A stretch of DNA of 64,000 nucleotides from a virus. The notes beneath the pieces were generated by a model. It searched no databases. It was not told where the DNA came from and saw nothing but the letters and a program-made list of their open reading frames with translations. The DNA is taken from the IMG/VR virus record IMGVR_UViG_3300034102_003113; one strand, given 5' to 3'. The stretch's first letter is position 1. Each line of letters begins with the position of its first letter. A program made the translations under genes and the position numbers. Shown piece after piece: positions 16,654 through 25,370 of this stretch.

Positions 16654-16857
16654 ATGACTAAACTATCAGCAGCAGACCTTATGGTAATTCATAACACTCT
16701 TTATAAAAGTTTGAGTGTCATTGGAAATAGCATTTGGACACAAGAAACCAGAGAAAGAGTTATGGATAAGGTGTCTATTATTATGGAGAATATGAACGCA
16801 GAAGTTGTCTATGGTGATGTAGAACCTATTGTAGTGAGTGGAGATTTGGGAGGATGA
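16654..16857 (+). CDS. Hypothetical protein
   Basis: Coupled array. Confidence 0.6.
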   Translation: MTKLSAADLMVIHNTLYKSLSVIGNSIWTQETRERVMDKVSIIMENMNAEVVYGDVEPIVVSGDLGG

Positions 16858-17078
16858 CCGAAGAACAACTCACACTTCTCCTCAAGGTTCTCAAAGAAGT
16901 AGCAGAGGTAAAACACTGCTATGAAGGTCTATTTGGAGATGATTATACTCCAAGTGCTGGTAGTTATGATGATGCCTTTGAAGATGGTTGTGCTTATGGT
17001 GAGATTACCTTTGCCCGCACTATGTTAGAATGTATTGGTGAAAAGTTTGAGTATCCTTGTATGAAAGAAAATGACTGA
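16854..17078 (+). CDS. Hypothetical protein
   Basis: Coupled array. Confidence 0.6.
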   Translation: MTEEQLTLLLKVLKEVAEVKHCYEGLFGDDYTPSAGSYDDAFEDGCAYGEITFARTMLECIGEKFEYPCMKEND

Positions 17079-17256
17079 ACGAGTAAAATTCAAAACTATC
17101 ACACGAGTGATTGACCCAAAGACACGCATTCATTATTTTGATGCTGTTGATGAGAATGGATACCACTGGACTGCTCAAATGCAAACTGGCGTAGAACCCT
17201 GGATTACATACAAAGAAACCTGGAAAAAAGATCCCCAACAACCCTATGACATTTGA
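17071..17256 (+). CDS. Hypothetical protein
   Basis: Coupled array. Confidence 0.6.
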   Translation: MTERVKFKTITRVIDPKTRIHYFDAVDENGYHWTAQMQTGVEPWITYKETWKKDPQQPYDI

Positions 17257-17488
17257 TATGGATGAATTCATTGAAAGAATGGTGGCAAAACACCAAGCAC
17301 AAAAACTTTTTAATAGATTGGTAGATGAACTTGGTTATGATTTTGATGCTTGTAATGATGTTGTAGATTTGGTAGAGGACTGGTTGCCGAAAGAACAATC
17401 AGCAGCAGGAAGTCAGAATGTAAATACTGAACTACTTGTGGATGGATACAATCACTGCTTACAAAAAATGAAGGAGATGCTACGATGA
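17246..17488 (+). CDS. Hypothetical protein
   Basis: Coupled array. Confidence 0.6.
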   Translation: MTFDMDEFIERMVAKHQAQKLFNRLVDELGYDFDACNDVVDLVEDWLPKEQSAAGSQNVNTELLVDGYNHCLQKMKEMLR

Positions 17489-17673
17489 CTGACCGAAACT
17501 TTACACAAGAACTCCTATACTCATATTATGCTGATATGGAAGGTGGAGACGATGTTGAGAGTATTGATTATCGTTCTTTGATTTATATCATCACCGAACT
17601 TCATAATAGGATTGAGAAACTTGAAAGGAAGTTAGAAAAGCAGGAAGAGTATGCTATGGAGCAAAATGACTGA
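17485..17673 (+). CDS. Hypothetical protein
   Basis: AGGAG RBS, ATGA-coupled. Confidence 0.6.
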   Translation: MTDRNFTQELLYSYYADMEGGDDVESIDYRSLIYIITELHNRIEKLERKLEKQEEYAMEQND

Positions 17674-17908
17674 AGAAGATAAGTATGCTCTCAAAGAGTT
17701 TCTCCGTGGTGTTAGTGTATTTCTTGGTGCCTCTGCTGTATTCATCATTATTCTGATTGTGCTGGCATATATCACTACCAATGGCAAACCAATCAACTCT
17801 GACTCATTTGAAGTGGTTGATAAGTACAAAGAGTGTGATGTGGTAAGATATGCTCCACACCAAGTAGCAGAGTATAAGTATTTCCTGTATTGTGAGAAGA
17901 ACAAATGA
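17666..17908 (+). CDS. Small membrane-anchored protein
   Basis: GVSVFLGASAVFIIILIVLAYI transmembrane segment. Confidence 0.65.
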   Translation: MTEEDKYALKEFLRGVSVFLGASAVFIIILIVLAYITTNGKPINSDSFEVVDKYKECDVVRYAPHQVAEYKYFLYCEKNK

Positions 17909-18402
17909 ATGAAGATATGCCGTGGGTTAATCTCACACAAGAAGAAGTAGAAGAACTCCGTAACAAAAAACACACGCTCACTGAATACGGCAAAGAACAA
18001 CTAAGGAAACTTATGAACAAAGAACCACTCCACGCAAAAGTATCTGAAGAAGATTATCAAAAAGTTTTGAATCTTATGAATAACCAAGAACCCTACCCTG
18101 ATGAAATGTTTGAAGAAGCCGCACGAAGAGAAGAGGCTCTACGCGTTTGCGAGGAACTTTTTGACGAACATGGGGAAGAAGATACCGAACGCCAAAAACT
18201 GGATAACCGGTGTGAGAGGGACATAGACGAGATCGTCCTAGAGGACCTCACAATGGCCCATTACGAGGTCATGGAGCCATATAAATCGGCCTGGTTGGGA
18301 TTTTATGGGGCCGATGGCATGATCCATCACCTCCATATCTATGTCCATGAACCTACTGGTGAACTTCGCACCATTTGGGACCCTAACACCAATGTGCCAT
18401 GA
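17905..18402 (+). CDS. Hypothetical protein, possibly chimeric
   Basis: AT-rich 5' half, GC-richer 3' half. Confidence 0.6.
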   Translation: MNEDMPWVNLTQEEVEELRNKKHTLTEYGKEQLRKLMNKEPLHAKVSEEDYQKVLNLMNNQEPYPDEMFEEAARREEALRVCEELFDEHGEEDTERQKLDNRCERDIDEIVLEDLTMAHYEVMEPYKSAWLGFYGADGMIHHLHIYVHEPTGELRTIWDPNTNVP

Positions 18403-18548
18403 CCATCAAAGTGTTTGAAAACCCTGACAATTCCCTTGACATCTCATGGGATAAGACAGACCCGGTTGAAAGTCAACTAAATACTTGGACAGAGGAAGAC
18501 TTTATCCAGGCAATTATGCAACAACTTAAAAAACATGGGCATGTTTGA
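18399..18548 (+). CDS. 49-aa hypothetical protein
   Basis: ATGA-coupled; MTIKVFENPDNSLDISWD... Confidence 0.55.
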   Translation: MTIKVFENPDNSLDISWDKTDPVESQLNTWTEEDFIQAIMQQLKKHGHV

Positions 18549-18951
18549 TTACGTTAGATCTTCTTATTCTTTGGGAGAAGATTTTACTGACGTGGAATGC
18601 CAATCCAAGGACATGGAGAGAGGGATAGGAGGGACTATGTCCCAGTACTGGATCGATCCGGCCGGTAGGCTTTGGAGAGTGGATTATAGGGATGCCTTTG
18701 ACTTTGGCGAGGATCCAGATTGGGTAGATGATGGGAGTAAGTTAGGTGCCTTATTTAAACATAGGTTTATGCCAAATGGCAAACATGGAAGGTTAGTACC
18801 TCATTCTCTTACAGACTACGTCTGTATATATCCTTCTCAATGGGACGGGGAGTGGGAGAAATGGCCAACCTGCCGAATTCATTTCTCAAACGGAATTTTA
18901 CAAACCTATGAAAACATCACAAAGTCAGAGCAATACCCCTCCTATGCTTAA
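18535..18951 (+). CDS. Conserved-type phage hypothetical protein
   Basis: MGMFDYV...QSKD...YWIDPAGRLW pattern. Confidence 0.7.
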   Translation: MGMFDYVRSSYSLGEDFTDVECQSKDMERGIGGTMSQYWIDPAGRLWRVDYRDAFDFGEDPDWVDDGSKLGALFKHRFMPNGKHGRLVPHSLTDYVCIYPSQWDGEWEKWPTCRIHFSNGILQTYENITKSEQYPSYA

Positions 18952-19029
18952 TCTAATACTCAAGGCAATTATTATATTTTCTTTTATCTCTTGGCTTATA
19001 TTCTGGGGACTTAATAACGCGTACGTACG

Positions 19030-19308
19030 ATGACTAACTTTGAAGATATCAATGATTATTTTATGGCAGAGCATGGTTTTGCCTTGTTTCTCATAGAAGA
19101 ACCATACCTGATGATGAGGAAAAGGAAAGTGGCAAGATGGGTTGGATCAACAGACCCAAATATTACATTACTTAAACGAAACGGAAGAGTGACCACCCGC
19201 TACCCCCGGTCTCATGGTATAATTATGAACGGGGGACATAGACCTATTTCCCTTGGTACACTGATCTCAAACTTGAAAGATGAGCGTCCGCTCTACTCGA
19301 AAGTTTAA
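19030..19308 (+). CDS. Hypothetical protein
   Basis: 92-aa ORF. Confidence 0.45.
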   Translation: MTNFEDINDYFMAEHGFALFLIEEPYLMMRKRKVARWVGSTDPNITLLKRNGRVTTRYPRSHGIIMNGGHRPISLGTLISNLKDERPLYSKV

Positions 19309-19462
19309 GAAAAGTTTAAAGTTAAATTCAACCGTTTGTTAAGTCACTGGGGCTCTGCCAATATACTTAACGGATTGTTGTCATGACATCTCTAATTCAT
19401 CTATAAACAATTGCAGATTGCAAAGATGACCCTGGAATGTTGTGTCCATTACTTCGGAGCTC

Positions 19463-19816
19463 ATGAAAAAAACACTAGTTACCCTAGCTATCGCTAGCCT
19501 TTCCTTTCTTCCTTTTTCTGCAAAAGCTGGACAACAATGTGGAGATGCAAGTTACTATGGCCTAGGGGACGGATATCAAGGTGGAATTACTGCATCTGGT
19601 CGGAGGTTTGACACATGGTCGAACCAGGCAGCTCACAAATGGCTACCTTTTGGTACAGTTGTTACAGTGACTGCTAATGGCCGTAGTACGAAAGCAGTGA
19701 TCACCGACCGTGGACCTTATGCCCATGGCAGGATCATCGACTTATCGGCGAAATCCTTTGGCGATCTTGGTCCGATATCTAGAGGAGTGCACAACGTTTG
19801 CATCTCTTGGAGATAA
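19463..19816 (+). CDS. RlpA-like (DPBB) lytic transglycosylase with signal peptide
   Basis: ASYYG...TASG..FD...AAHKWLPFGT...ITDRGPY..GRIIDLS; GGAG RBS before MKKTLVTL. Confidence 0.88.
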   Translation: MKKTLVTLAIASLSFLPFSAKAGQQCGDASYYGLGDGYQGGITASGRRFDTWSNQAAHKWLPFGTVVTVTANGRSTKAVITDRGPYAHGRIIDLSAKSFGDLGPISRGVHNVCISWR

Positions 19817-19835
19817 GACCAAATAACAACTGAAT

Positions 19836-19870
19836 AAAAAGATGGCCCCGAGCGTATGCCTGGGGCTTTA
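19836..19870. terminator. Probable bidirectional terminator
   Basis: GCCCC...GGGGC stem flanked by an A-run and TTT, between the convergent RlpA-like and Dps genes. Confidence 0.55.
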
Positions 19871-19875
19871 AAGTA

Positions 19876-20289
19876 TCAAAGTTCTTCTAGTATTGAGTTG
19901 AGCATATATCCTATGATGTTACAATCGGACAATATATCTTCTATGACATTTACAGCCCCATAGTTTCTCATGTCCTCGGTCTCATCCCTAAGTCTTTCTA
20001 GACCACCTTTAAAGTCATTATTAATAGTCTGTAGTTTTTTACAAAGATCTAGACTAGTCGCCCAGTCCAGTTCTGGCACCGAGTTAAAAATCCTAGAGTT
20101 GATCTCTACTCCTGCTCCTCTCGCCTGTTCAGCAAGGGTATCTACTTTAGCCTCTACCATCCCATAGATCCTCTCAAAGAGAAGATGGAATTGGTAAAAG
20201 TCCTTGCCAACAATATTCCAGTGGGCCAATCGACTAGCTCCTAGAAGATTATTCTGTAGTTCTAGAGCCTGTAAAAAGAGTTCTTCCAT
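19876..20289 (-). CDS. dps: Dps / ferritin-like protein
   Basis: AHWNIVGKDFYQFHLLFERIY...VDTLAE Dps signature with ferroxidase-centre H, H, D, E. Confidence 0.85.
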   Translation of the reverse strand: MEELFLQALELQNNLLGASRLAHWNIVGKDFYQFHLLFERIYGMVEAKVDTLAEQARGAGVEINSRIFNSVPELDWATSLDLCKKLQTINNDFKGGLERLRDETEDMRNYGAVNVIEDILSDCNIIGYMLNSILEEL

Positions 20290-20292
20290 GAG

Positions 20293-21222
20293 TTAGTTGT
20301 CGTATTCTTTGTTTATCCCGAAAGGGATCTCTTGCAATGCTGAGGTCAGTGGATTAGAATTAGGAACAGTTCCGGCTTCATTTCTCCATAATCCAGAGTC
20401 TATCCTTAACTTAAACCAATCTGGGTAGGAACTGGTACTATCTTTGTAACATTTCCATACTTTTTGTAGACTTCCAGATACCACTTTTGACTCATCAACA
20501 ACTCTTTGACCATTAGAGTTCATTGAATAGGCGTATCTTGGAATAAATCGGTAAGTTGCCAAGCCATTCTGCTGAGCATTACATGTTAATTCTAAAATAT
20601 CAGATATTTCTCTAGGACATCTGGGATCCTCTACAATATGCTCTTCTGTGGTATCTGTGTTTATCACTCGCCTCCAGACGGCCAACCCAGTCATTCTCTG
20701 GTCTGGGGAGAGAAGACATTTTCTCTTTGGCAAAAAATCTTCGATGGAAATGGGATCGAAAGCAGCACAAGGTTGGGAATAGAATCTACCATCAGAGATA
20801 ATTACCTCTATGGCGTATGTCTGCTCATAAATAAACTGAGAAGCCTCGGTTACTTGAACAAATCTCTCATTTTCTAGTTCAAATCCAGTCTGGAATTCAA
20901 GACCTGGCACTTCTGGCACCCATCCGGTCACAGCATCTGCAATAAGATCTAGGATAGGAAGAGAAAAACTATGCCCTTCTCGCTGGGTTTGTTTTTGAAT
21001 GAGAGTTATCGTATAACTGAGTTTCCTATTCCTAACCGTGGGAATATACGCGCCTTTATGGGGATTATTGGTACTACCTGAAGAAAAACTGACAATAATC
21101 ATGGCCTGTTCGGCAACTCTTCCAGAATCGTCGAGTTCCTCTGCAAGGCGAATAACCACAGCACTTTGCCCCAGAGTCCCATGGACTCTTTTATGGAGTT
21201 GATTTTCTATTTCTAGTAGCAT
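20293..21222 (-). CDS. Tail completion/terminator protein (Mu gp37-like N-terminus)
   Basis: Position after the head-tail adaptor; MLLEIENQL...ILDLIADAVTGWVP pattern. Confidence 0.55.
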   Translation of the reverse strand: MLLEIENQLHKRVHGTLGQSAVVIRLAEELDDSGRVAEQAMIIVSFSSGSTNNPHKGAYIPTVRNRKLSYTITLIQKQTQREGHSFSLPILDLIADAVTGWVPEVPGLEFQTGFELENERFVQVTEASQFIYEQTYAIEVIISDGRFYSQPCAAFDPISIEDFLPKRKCLLSPDQRMTGLAVWRRVINTDTTEEHIVEDPRCPREISDILELTCNAQQNGLATYRFIPRYAYSMNSNGQRVVDESKVVSGSLQKVWKCYKDSTSSYPDWFKLRIDSGLWRNEAGTVPNSNPLTSALQEIPFGINKEYDN

Positions 21223-21225
21223 AAA

Positions 21226-21564
21226 TTAAAACTCTCCGCCACTGATAAAATCTTGAAGTTCCCAGAATCCAGTTGTATGGTTGTAGAGTAGGGCGTCGCC
21301 AGGTTTTACATTACGAGTAAACTGCACGTTAGCAAGATCTTGGATCTTACGATTTGCCTCCAATTCAATAACATATTGTCTCAAGGAAGCTGCGTCTTGC
21401 TTATACGTAGATCCATCAGGAAAAACACCGATTCTCCCACCAAGAACACCATATGAAGAACCATAATAACATCCTCCGCTAGATCCATCTGCTACAAGAT
21501 AGAATCCGGCTCCGTCAGCGGCAGCAGGGTTGAAGGGATCATAGCCATAAGTTTGATTAGACAT
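21226..21564 (-). CDS. Hypothetical structural protein
   Basis: IQDLANV...GDALLYN..TGFW repeat-like segment; lies in the late operon. Confidence 0.6.
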   Translation of the reverse strand: MSNQTYGYDPFNPAAADGAGFYLVADGSSGGCYYGSSYGVLGGRIGVFPDGSTYKQDAASLRQYVIELEANRKIQDLANVQFTRNVKPGDALLYNHTTGFWELQDFISGGEF

Positions 21565-22358
21565 TAGAACGTATCTCCTGTTTGTAGTCCGTCGTAGTTA
21601 TCAAAGTTACCATCGGCAGACTCCGTGGTATTTGTTGCGTTAAGAGTATCTCCTTCTTGAGGATCTACCGCGTCCCCAGTGTTAGTAAACGCCGAGATGT
21701 CCCGTGTGGATTCAAGTGCATCAACCAACTCATTGATCTCAAGAGTTGACTGGGGCATTATGGACTCAATTCCGAGGGCATTTCCATCAAGCGCAGTTGA
21801 GTGAGTACGGGGTGAGGACATTGCTTCTTTCCTTGGGAATTGGAAGAAACGATTATTTGCACCTTCGTTTTGCACCCAGCGATTTGTTGAGTTTTCTGTA
21901 AAACTACGTCCTCTGCGATAGGAGCTTTTTGTCATTGAACAACCCCCACCCCAGTATCTGTATGCTTCTTGCCATTTGAGACCTGTAGAAGGAGACTCTT
22001 TGGCGGCCCATAACTCTAATTGCTGAAGGCATTTTTCAGCTGCATCTATGACTTGTTGTCTTGGACGAAGGATATCTAAATACCATCTAGCTAGGATGGC
22101 CTGAGTACGGCGATAAGACCCAGCTATAAGAATCTTACCCTGAGGAGGAGCTGTGAGGATATAATTATTGATCAGAGTCGCGGCGTCATTGAGCGCAATT
22201 TGGATCTTATCGTAGTTGATATCATTTCCCGTAGGATTATCAATGTTTGATAACTCTACTGCCTCTTGATATCCAAATACCTCGATAAAATAATCGACTG
22301 TTGCCGGATTGCAATTATCCGCCACTCCAAACTTATCTGGGTATGGGGAATTTGGCAT
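21564..22358 (-). CDS. Head-tail adaptor (Mu gp36/DUF1320-like)
   Basis: FG.QE.VELS...KIQIALNDAATLINNY...LARWYL; follows the capsid gene. Confidence 0.7.
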   Translation of the reverse strand: MPNSPYPDKFGVADNCNPATVDYFIEVFGYQEAVELSNIDNPTGNDINYDKIQIALNDAATLINNYILTAPPQGKILIAGSYRRTQAILARWYLDILRPRQQVIDAAEKCLQQLELWAAKESPSTGLKWQEAYRYWGGGCSMTKSSYRRGRSFTENSTNRWVQNEGANNRFFQFPRKEAMSSPRTHSTALDGNALGIESIMPQSTLEINELVDALESTRDISAFTNTGDAVDPQEGDTLNATNTTESADGNFDNYDGLQTGDTF

Positions 22359-22382
22359 AGTATCGGTCTATTCTATATATAG

Positions 22383-22390
22383 CTTTAAAC
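22383..22390 (-). promoter_or_regulatory. GTTTAAAG candidate late promoter
   Basis: Downstream of the capsid terminator, 24 nt upstream of the ATG at 22358. Confidence 0.65.
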
Positions 22391-22408
22391 TGGGGTCTAT
22401 AAACGCAT

Positions 22409-22432
22409 AAAAAAAAGAGGCCCGAAGGCCTC
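22409..22432 (-). terminator. Rho-independent terminator after the major capsid gene
   Basis: GAGGCC-TTCG-GGCCTC followed by T8 on the - strand (cUUCGg tetraloop). Confidence 0.9.
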
Positions 22433-22453
22433 AGAGGAATATGCGAGTTAGGC

Positions 22454-23437
22454 TCAAGCAACAGGGTTGTTGAAGATAAAGCCAGAACCACACTTGCCAT
22501 TTTCACCCATGCCGACGAGCTCGAAGCTACGCTCAACGAGGATGTCGCCGGTGAACACTCTACGCTCAATATTGAAGCGCTCAGGAGTGGCGATAGGATA
22601 GCCACTGAGAGTGTAGGTGTAGGCGAAAGCAGGGTTACCATAGTTGGCATCAAGAGCAGGCATGAAGCCATCAGTAGCTCCTGAAGGATGGTAGAAGAGA
22701 ACAGCAACGTTGTTGTAGATGTTCTCAAGAGCACCAGTGGACTGGTTGAGTTTGAGTCTGCGGGCTACGCGGATCTCATCAAGACCGAAGATTTGAGCAA
22801 GGGTCTTCTCGTCCACGAGCACACCGCGCTGCATGAAGTCGCGGATACGCTTGTTACGCTTGAGGGCGTTGAAAGCGTCAGGTGAGATCACCATCTTGTT
22901 AGGATAGATACCGATCTGTGAACGGACCTGTTCCTTGGCTTCGTCCATAAGGACTTCGATGTCAGCGGTTGGGCTGTTGAACTGATCAGCACCACCATTA
23001 TAGGTGGAGAGATCGAGAACGTTGTTGGTCTCGTATTGGGCAGAATCGGTCACGATAGTGGCGACCTGAACTTCCCAAGATTGCATGAGGCGGTTAGCAG
23101 CGTCCTTAGCAGCAAACTGACGAAGGTCAATTTGAGCAGCGCCATTCTTGGCTTCAGCAGCGATTTCTTCGGCGATTTCCCAGCTGATCGCTTCCTGACG
23201 GAGAGCGAATGAACGGGTTCCGAATTCGTTCTGGATCTTCTGGATGTTAGTTCCAGGAGCGCGGAGGAACGACTGAGCCGCAAAAGCCTCCTTACCAAAA
23301 ACGAGTGTACGTCCAGCTCTGGTATTCATAGATACCGAAGGAGCGAAGAATGTAGCTACGCCTTCAGCGTTCTTATAGCCTTGAGCGAGTTGCGTAAGAA
23401 TAGGGTCAATTACGCGTACCTGATCTAAATTCATCAT
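22454..23437 (-). CDS. Major capsid protein
   Basis: RVIDPILTQLAQGY N-terminus, 327 aa, strong codon bias, AAAGGAG RBS, position after protease and cement genes. Confidence 0.85.
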   Translation of the reverse strand: MMNLDQVRVIDPILTQLAQGYKNAEGVATFFAPSVSMNTRAGRTLVFGKEAFAAQSFLRAPGTNIQKIQNEFGTRSFALRQEAISWEIAEEIAAEAKNGAAQIDLRQFAAKDAANRLMQSWEVQVATIVTDSAQYETNNVLDLSTYNGGADQFNSPTADIEVLMDEAKEQVRSQIGIYPNKMVISPDAFNALKRNKRIRDFMQRGVLVDEKTLAQIFGLDEIRVARRLKLNQSTGALENIYNNVAVLFYHPSGATDGFMPALDANYGNPAFAYTYTLSGYPIATPERFNIERRVFTGDILVERSFELVGMGENGKCGSGFIFNNPVA

Positions 23438-23463
23438 AGTTAGTTACTCTCCTTTAATATCTA

Positions 23464-23955
23464 TCAAGCACCAGCTTCGTTACCGAGCTTAACGCGAATG
23501 TACTGACCAGCAGTAGCATTAACGGAAGCATCGAGAGCGCGACCAAGAACAACACCGGCACCGGCGGTCTTAGAAGCGGTTCCGGTAGCAGTAGCATATA
23601 CAGCGTCATCTACGCTAAAAGCGGTAGAAGCAGCATCTACTTCAACAATGACGATACCGGAAGTAACGATTGAAAGAAGACCTTGGTAAGGGAATACGCT
23701 GGTCTTGAAGGGGGTTGTGGAAGGGTTTAGTTGACCTTCGTAAACGAGAGTCGAACCATCATCAACCTGGTAGCCCTTGGCGGTGAGTTCACCTTGGCCA
23801 GGGGCGGCATAAACGCTAACACCGGCGGCATAAGCACCGGCAACAGGATAGGCACCGTTACGCTTTACGAATCTGTGAGCCTCAACAGCGGTTGTGGTCT
23901 GCACGGTTTCAACGTACTGGTGGTCAAAAGACATATAACGTGGGTCAGTTGCCAT
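23464..23955 (-). CDS. Capsid cement/decoration protein (DUF2190-like)
   Basis: Ala/Gly-rich; VDDAVYA...LGRALDA..AGQYIRVKL; between scaffold and capsid. Confidence 0.7.
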   Translation of the reverse strand: MATDPRYMSFDHQYVETVQTTTAVEAHRFVKRNGAYPVAGAYAAGVSVYAAPGQGELTAKGYQVDDGSTLVYEGQLNPSTTPFKTSVFPYQGLLSIVTSGIVIVEVDAASTAFSVDDAVYATATGTASKTAGAGVVLGRALDASVNATAGQYIRVKLGNEAGA

Positions 23956-23969
23956 TTTTAGTTTACTCC

Positions 23970-25370
23970 TTATGAGTTATCTGAGATAATTGCCTTCAGG
24001 GCAATGGTGTAATCAACTCCCTTGCTCTCAGCGTATTCCAACGCTTGGGCGTGGAGGTCGGCTGTAGAGGGGTCGTAGATATACCCATCGGCTGATGGCA
24101 TGATTGACTTCTTAGCTGCAGGAGCAGAAGCCTGGGTAGCGAATTCTTCAAAGCTGACCATTGAGGGTAGGTTCTCAAGGACATTTCTAAAGAAATCGAA
24201 TTGGGAAGTTTTGCCTGACTCTGAGAAATTCACAGAGTTCTTATTATTAAGAGTCTCCATGAAGCGCACAAGATCAGTCTTAGGAACGATTTGCTGAGTA
24301 AGCTTACCGCCCTCGTAGAGAGTTTCACAGAAATCAGAGATTTCCTTCTCTCTCATTAACTTCTTCTGTCTGGCTAGTTCTTCCTCCAACTCGGCTACCC
24401 GGGCTTGTAAATTGCCCTGAACTCCCATAGCGGATTCGCTATGATCCAGAGTTCCTGTAGCCTCTTCAGTGGTGGTCTCTTCCGCCATGTCGCTCTTCTT
24501 TTTCTCTTCTTCATCCTCTTCATAATCTTTACATCCCTCACCATTATCAGAAACCTCGGTCTCCTCGGCTTCCTCTTCGGCGTAGGTTTGCTCTCCCTTG
24601 GGTTCTTCGGCGCCTTTTACTTCCTCGGAAGTGGGGTGCTCGGCCTCAGAAGGCTTTTCACCTTCCTTAACTGTTTCGCCCATATCCTCGACTTTTTTCT
24701 CTTCATCCTCTTCACCATCTTTGCCTTCTTTTTTGGCTTCAATAGCTTTTTTAAGTCCTTCGGGCATTTCGCCATAGGACATATCTCCACCTTCCATCAT
24801 GGAAGCAGCATCGGTTTTAAGAGCTAGGGCCTTAATTAGCTCATCAATTTCATATTCTGAGGCGAGTTGAGCGATCTTTTGATCATCGTCTTGCATGTCT
24901 CCAGACACGTCGTCTGTTTCCATCTCAGGACCCTCATCTCCGCCATCTTCAGAAGGCTCAGTAGGAGGCATTTCCCCATCGGCATCGCCGACATCACCGG
25001 CGTCATCAGAACCATCACCGTCCATAGGTGACATATCAGAGTCGGAATCCTCACCATCGCCGGCACCATCATCTGGGCCGTCCATGGGCATATCCGAATC
25101 CTCACCATCGGTAGGAGGCATGTCACCACCATCTTCGGTGCTATCATCAGCCATGCTCATCATCGGATCGGTAGGAGGCATTTCTGCATCCATGCCATAA
25201 TCCATTTCATAATCAGCAGGGGCACCTGTTTCTGATACTTTATTTCCGCTATCATCGTATACGTTGGCGCCGGATTTACCACCGCCAATATTGATATTAA
25301 CAGTCATCCCCCCTTCGGAGTGTTCGATCACCGAAGCAGGAGTTTCTGTTTTGGTTTTTTTCCTAGCCAT
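23970..25370 (-). CDS. Putative nested in-frame scaffold protein (from Met179, MARKKTKT)
   Basis: Internal GTTTAAAG (25394-25401, - strand) 23 nt upstream, AGGA RBS, start right after the protease domain. Confidence 0.6.
   Translation of the reverse strand: MARKKTKTETPASVIEHSEGGMTVNINIGGGKSGANVYDDSGNKVSETGAPADYEMDYGMDAEMPPTDPMMSMADDSTEDGGDMPPTDGEDSDMPMDGPDDGAGDGEDSDSDMSPMDGDGSDDAGDVGDADGEMPPTEPSEDGGDEGPEMETDDVSGDMQDDDQKIAQLASEYEIDELIKALALKTDAASMMEGGDMSYGEMPEGLKKAIEAKKEGKDGEEDEEKKVEDMGETVKEGEKPSEAEHPTSEEVKGAEEPKGEQTYAEEEAEETEVSDNGEGCKDYEEDEEEKKKSDMAEETTTEEATGTLDHSESAMGVQGNLQARVAELEEELARQKKLMREKEISDFCETLYEGGKLTQQIVPKTDLVRFMETLNNKNSVNFSESGKTSQFDFFRNVLENLPSMVSFEEFATQASAPAAKKSIMPSADGYIYDPSTADLHAQALEYAESKGVDYTIALKAIISDNS

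Noticed and set aside
24950-25190. Short direct repeats (GTAGGAGGCAT, GAATCCTCACCATCG)
   Set aside because: Encode MPPT and DGEDS repeats of the low-complexity scaffold; no sign of a separate DNA-level function
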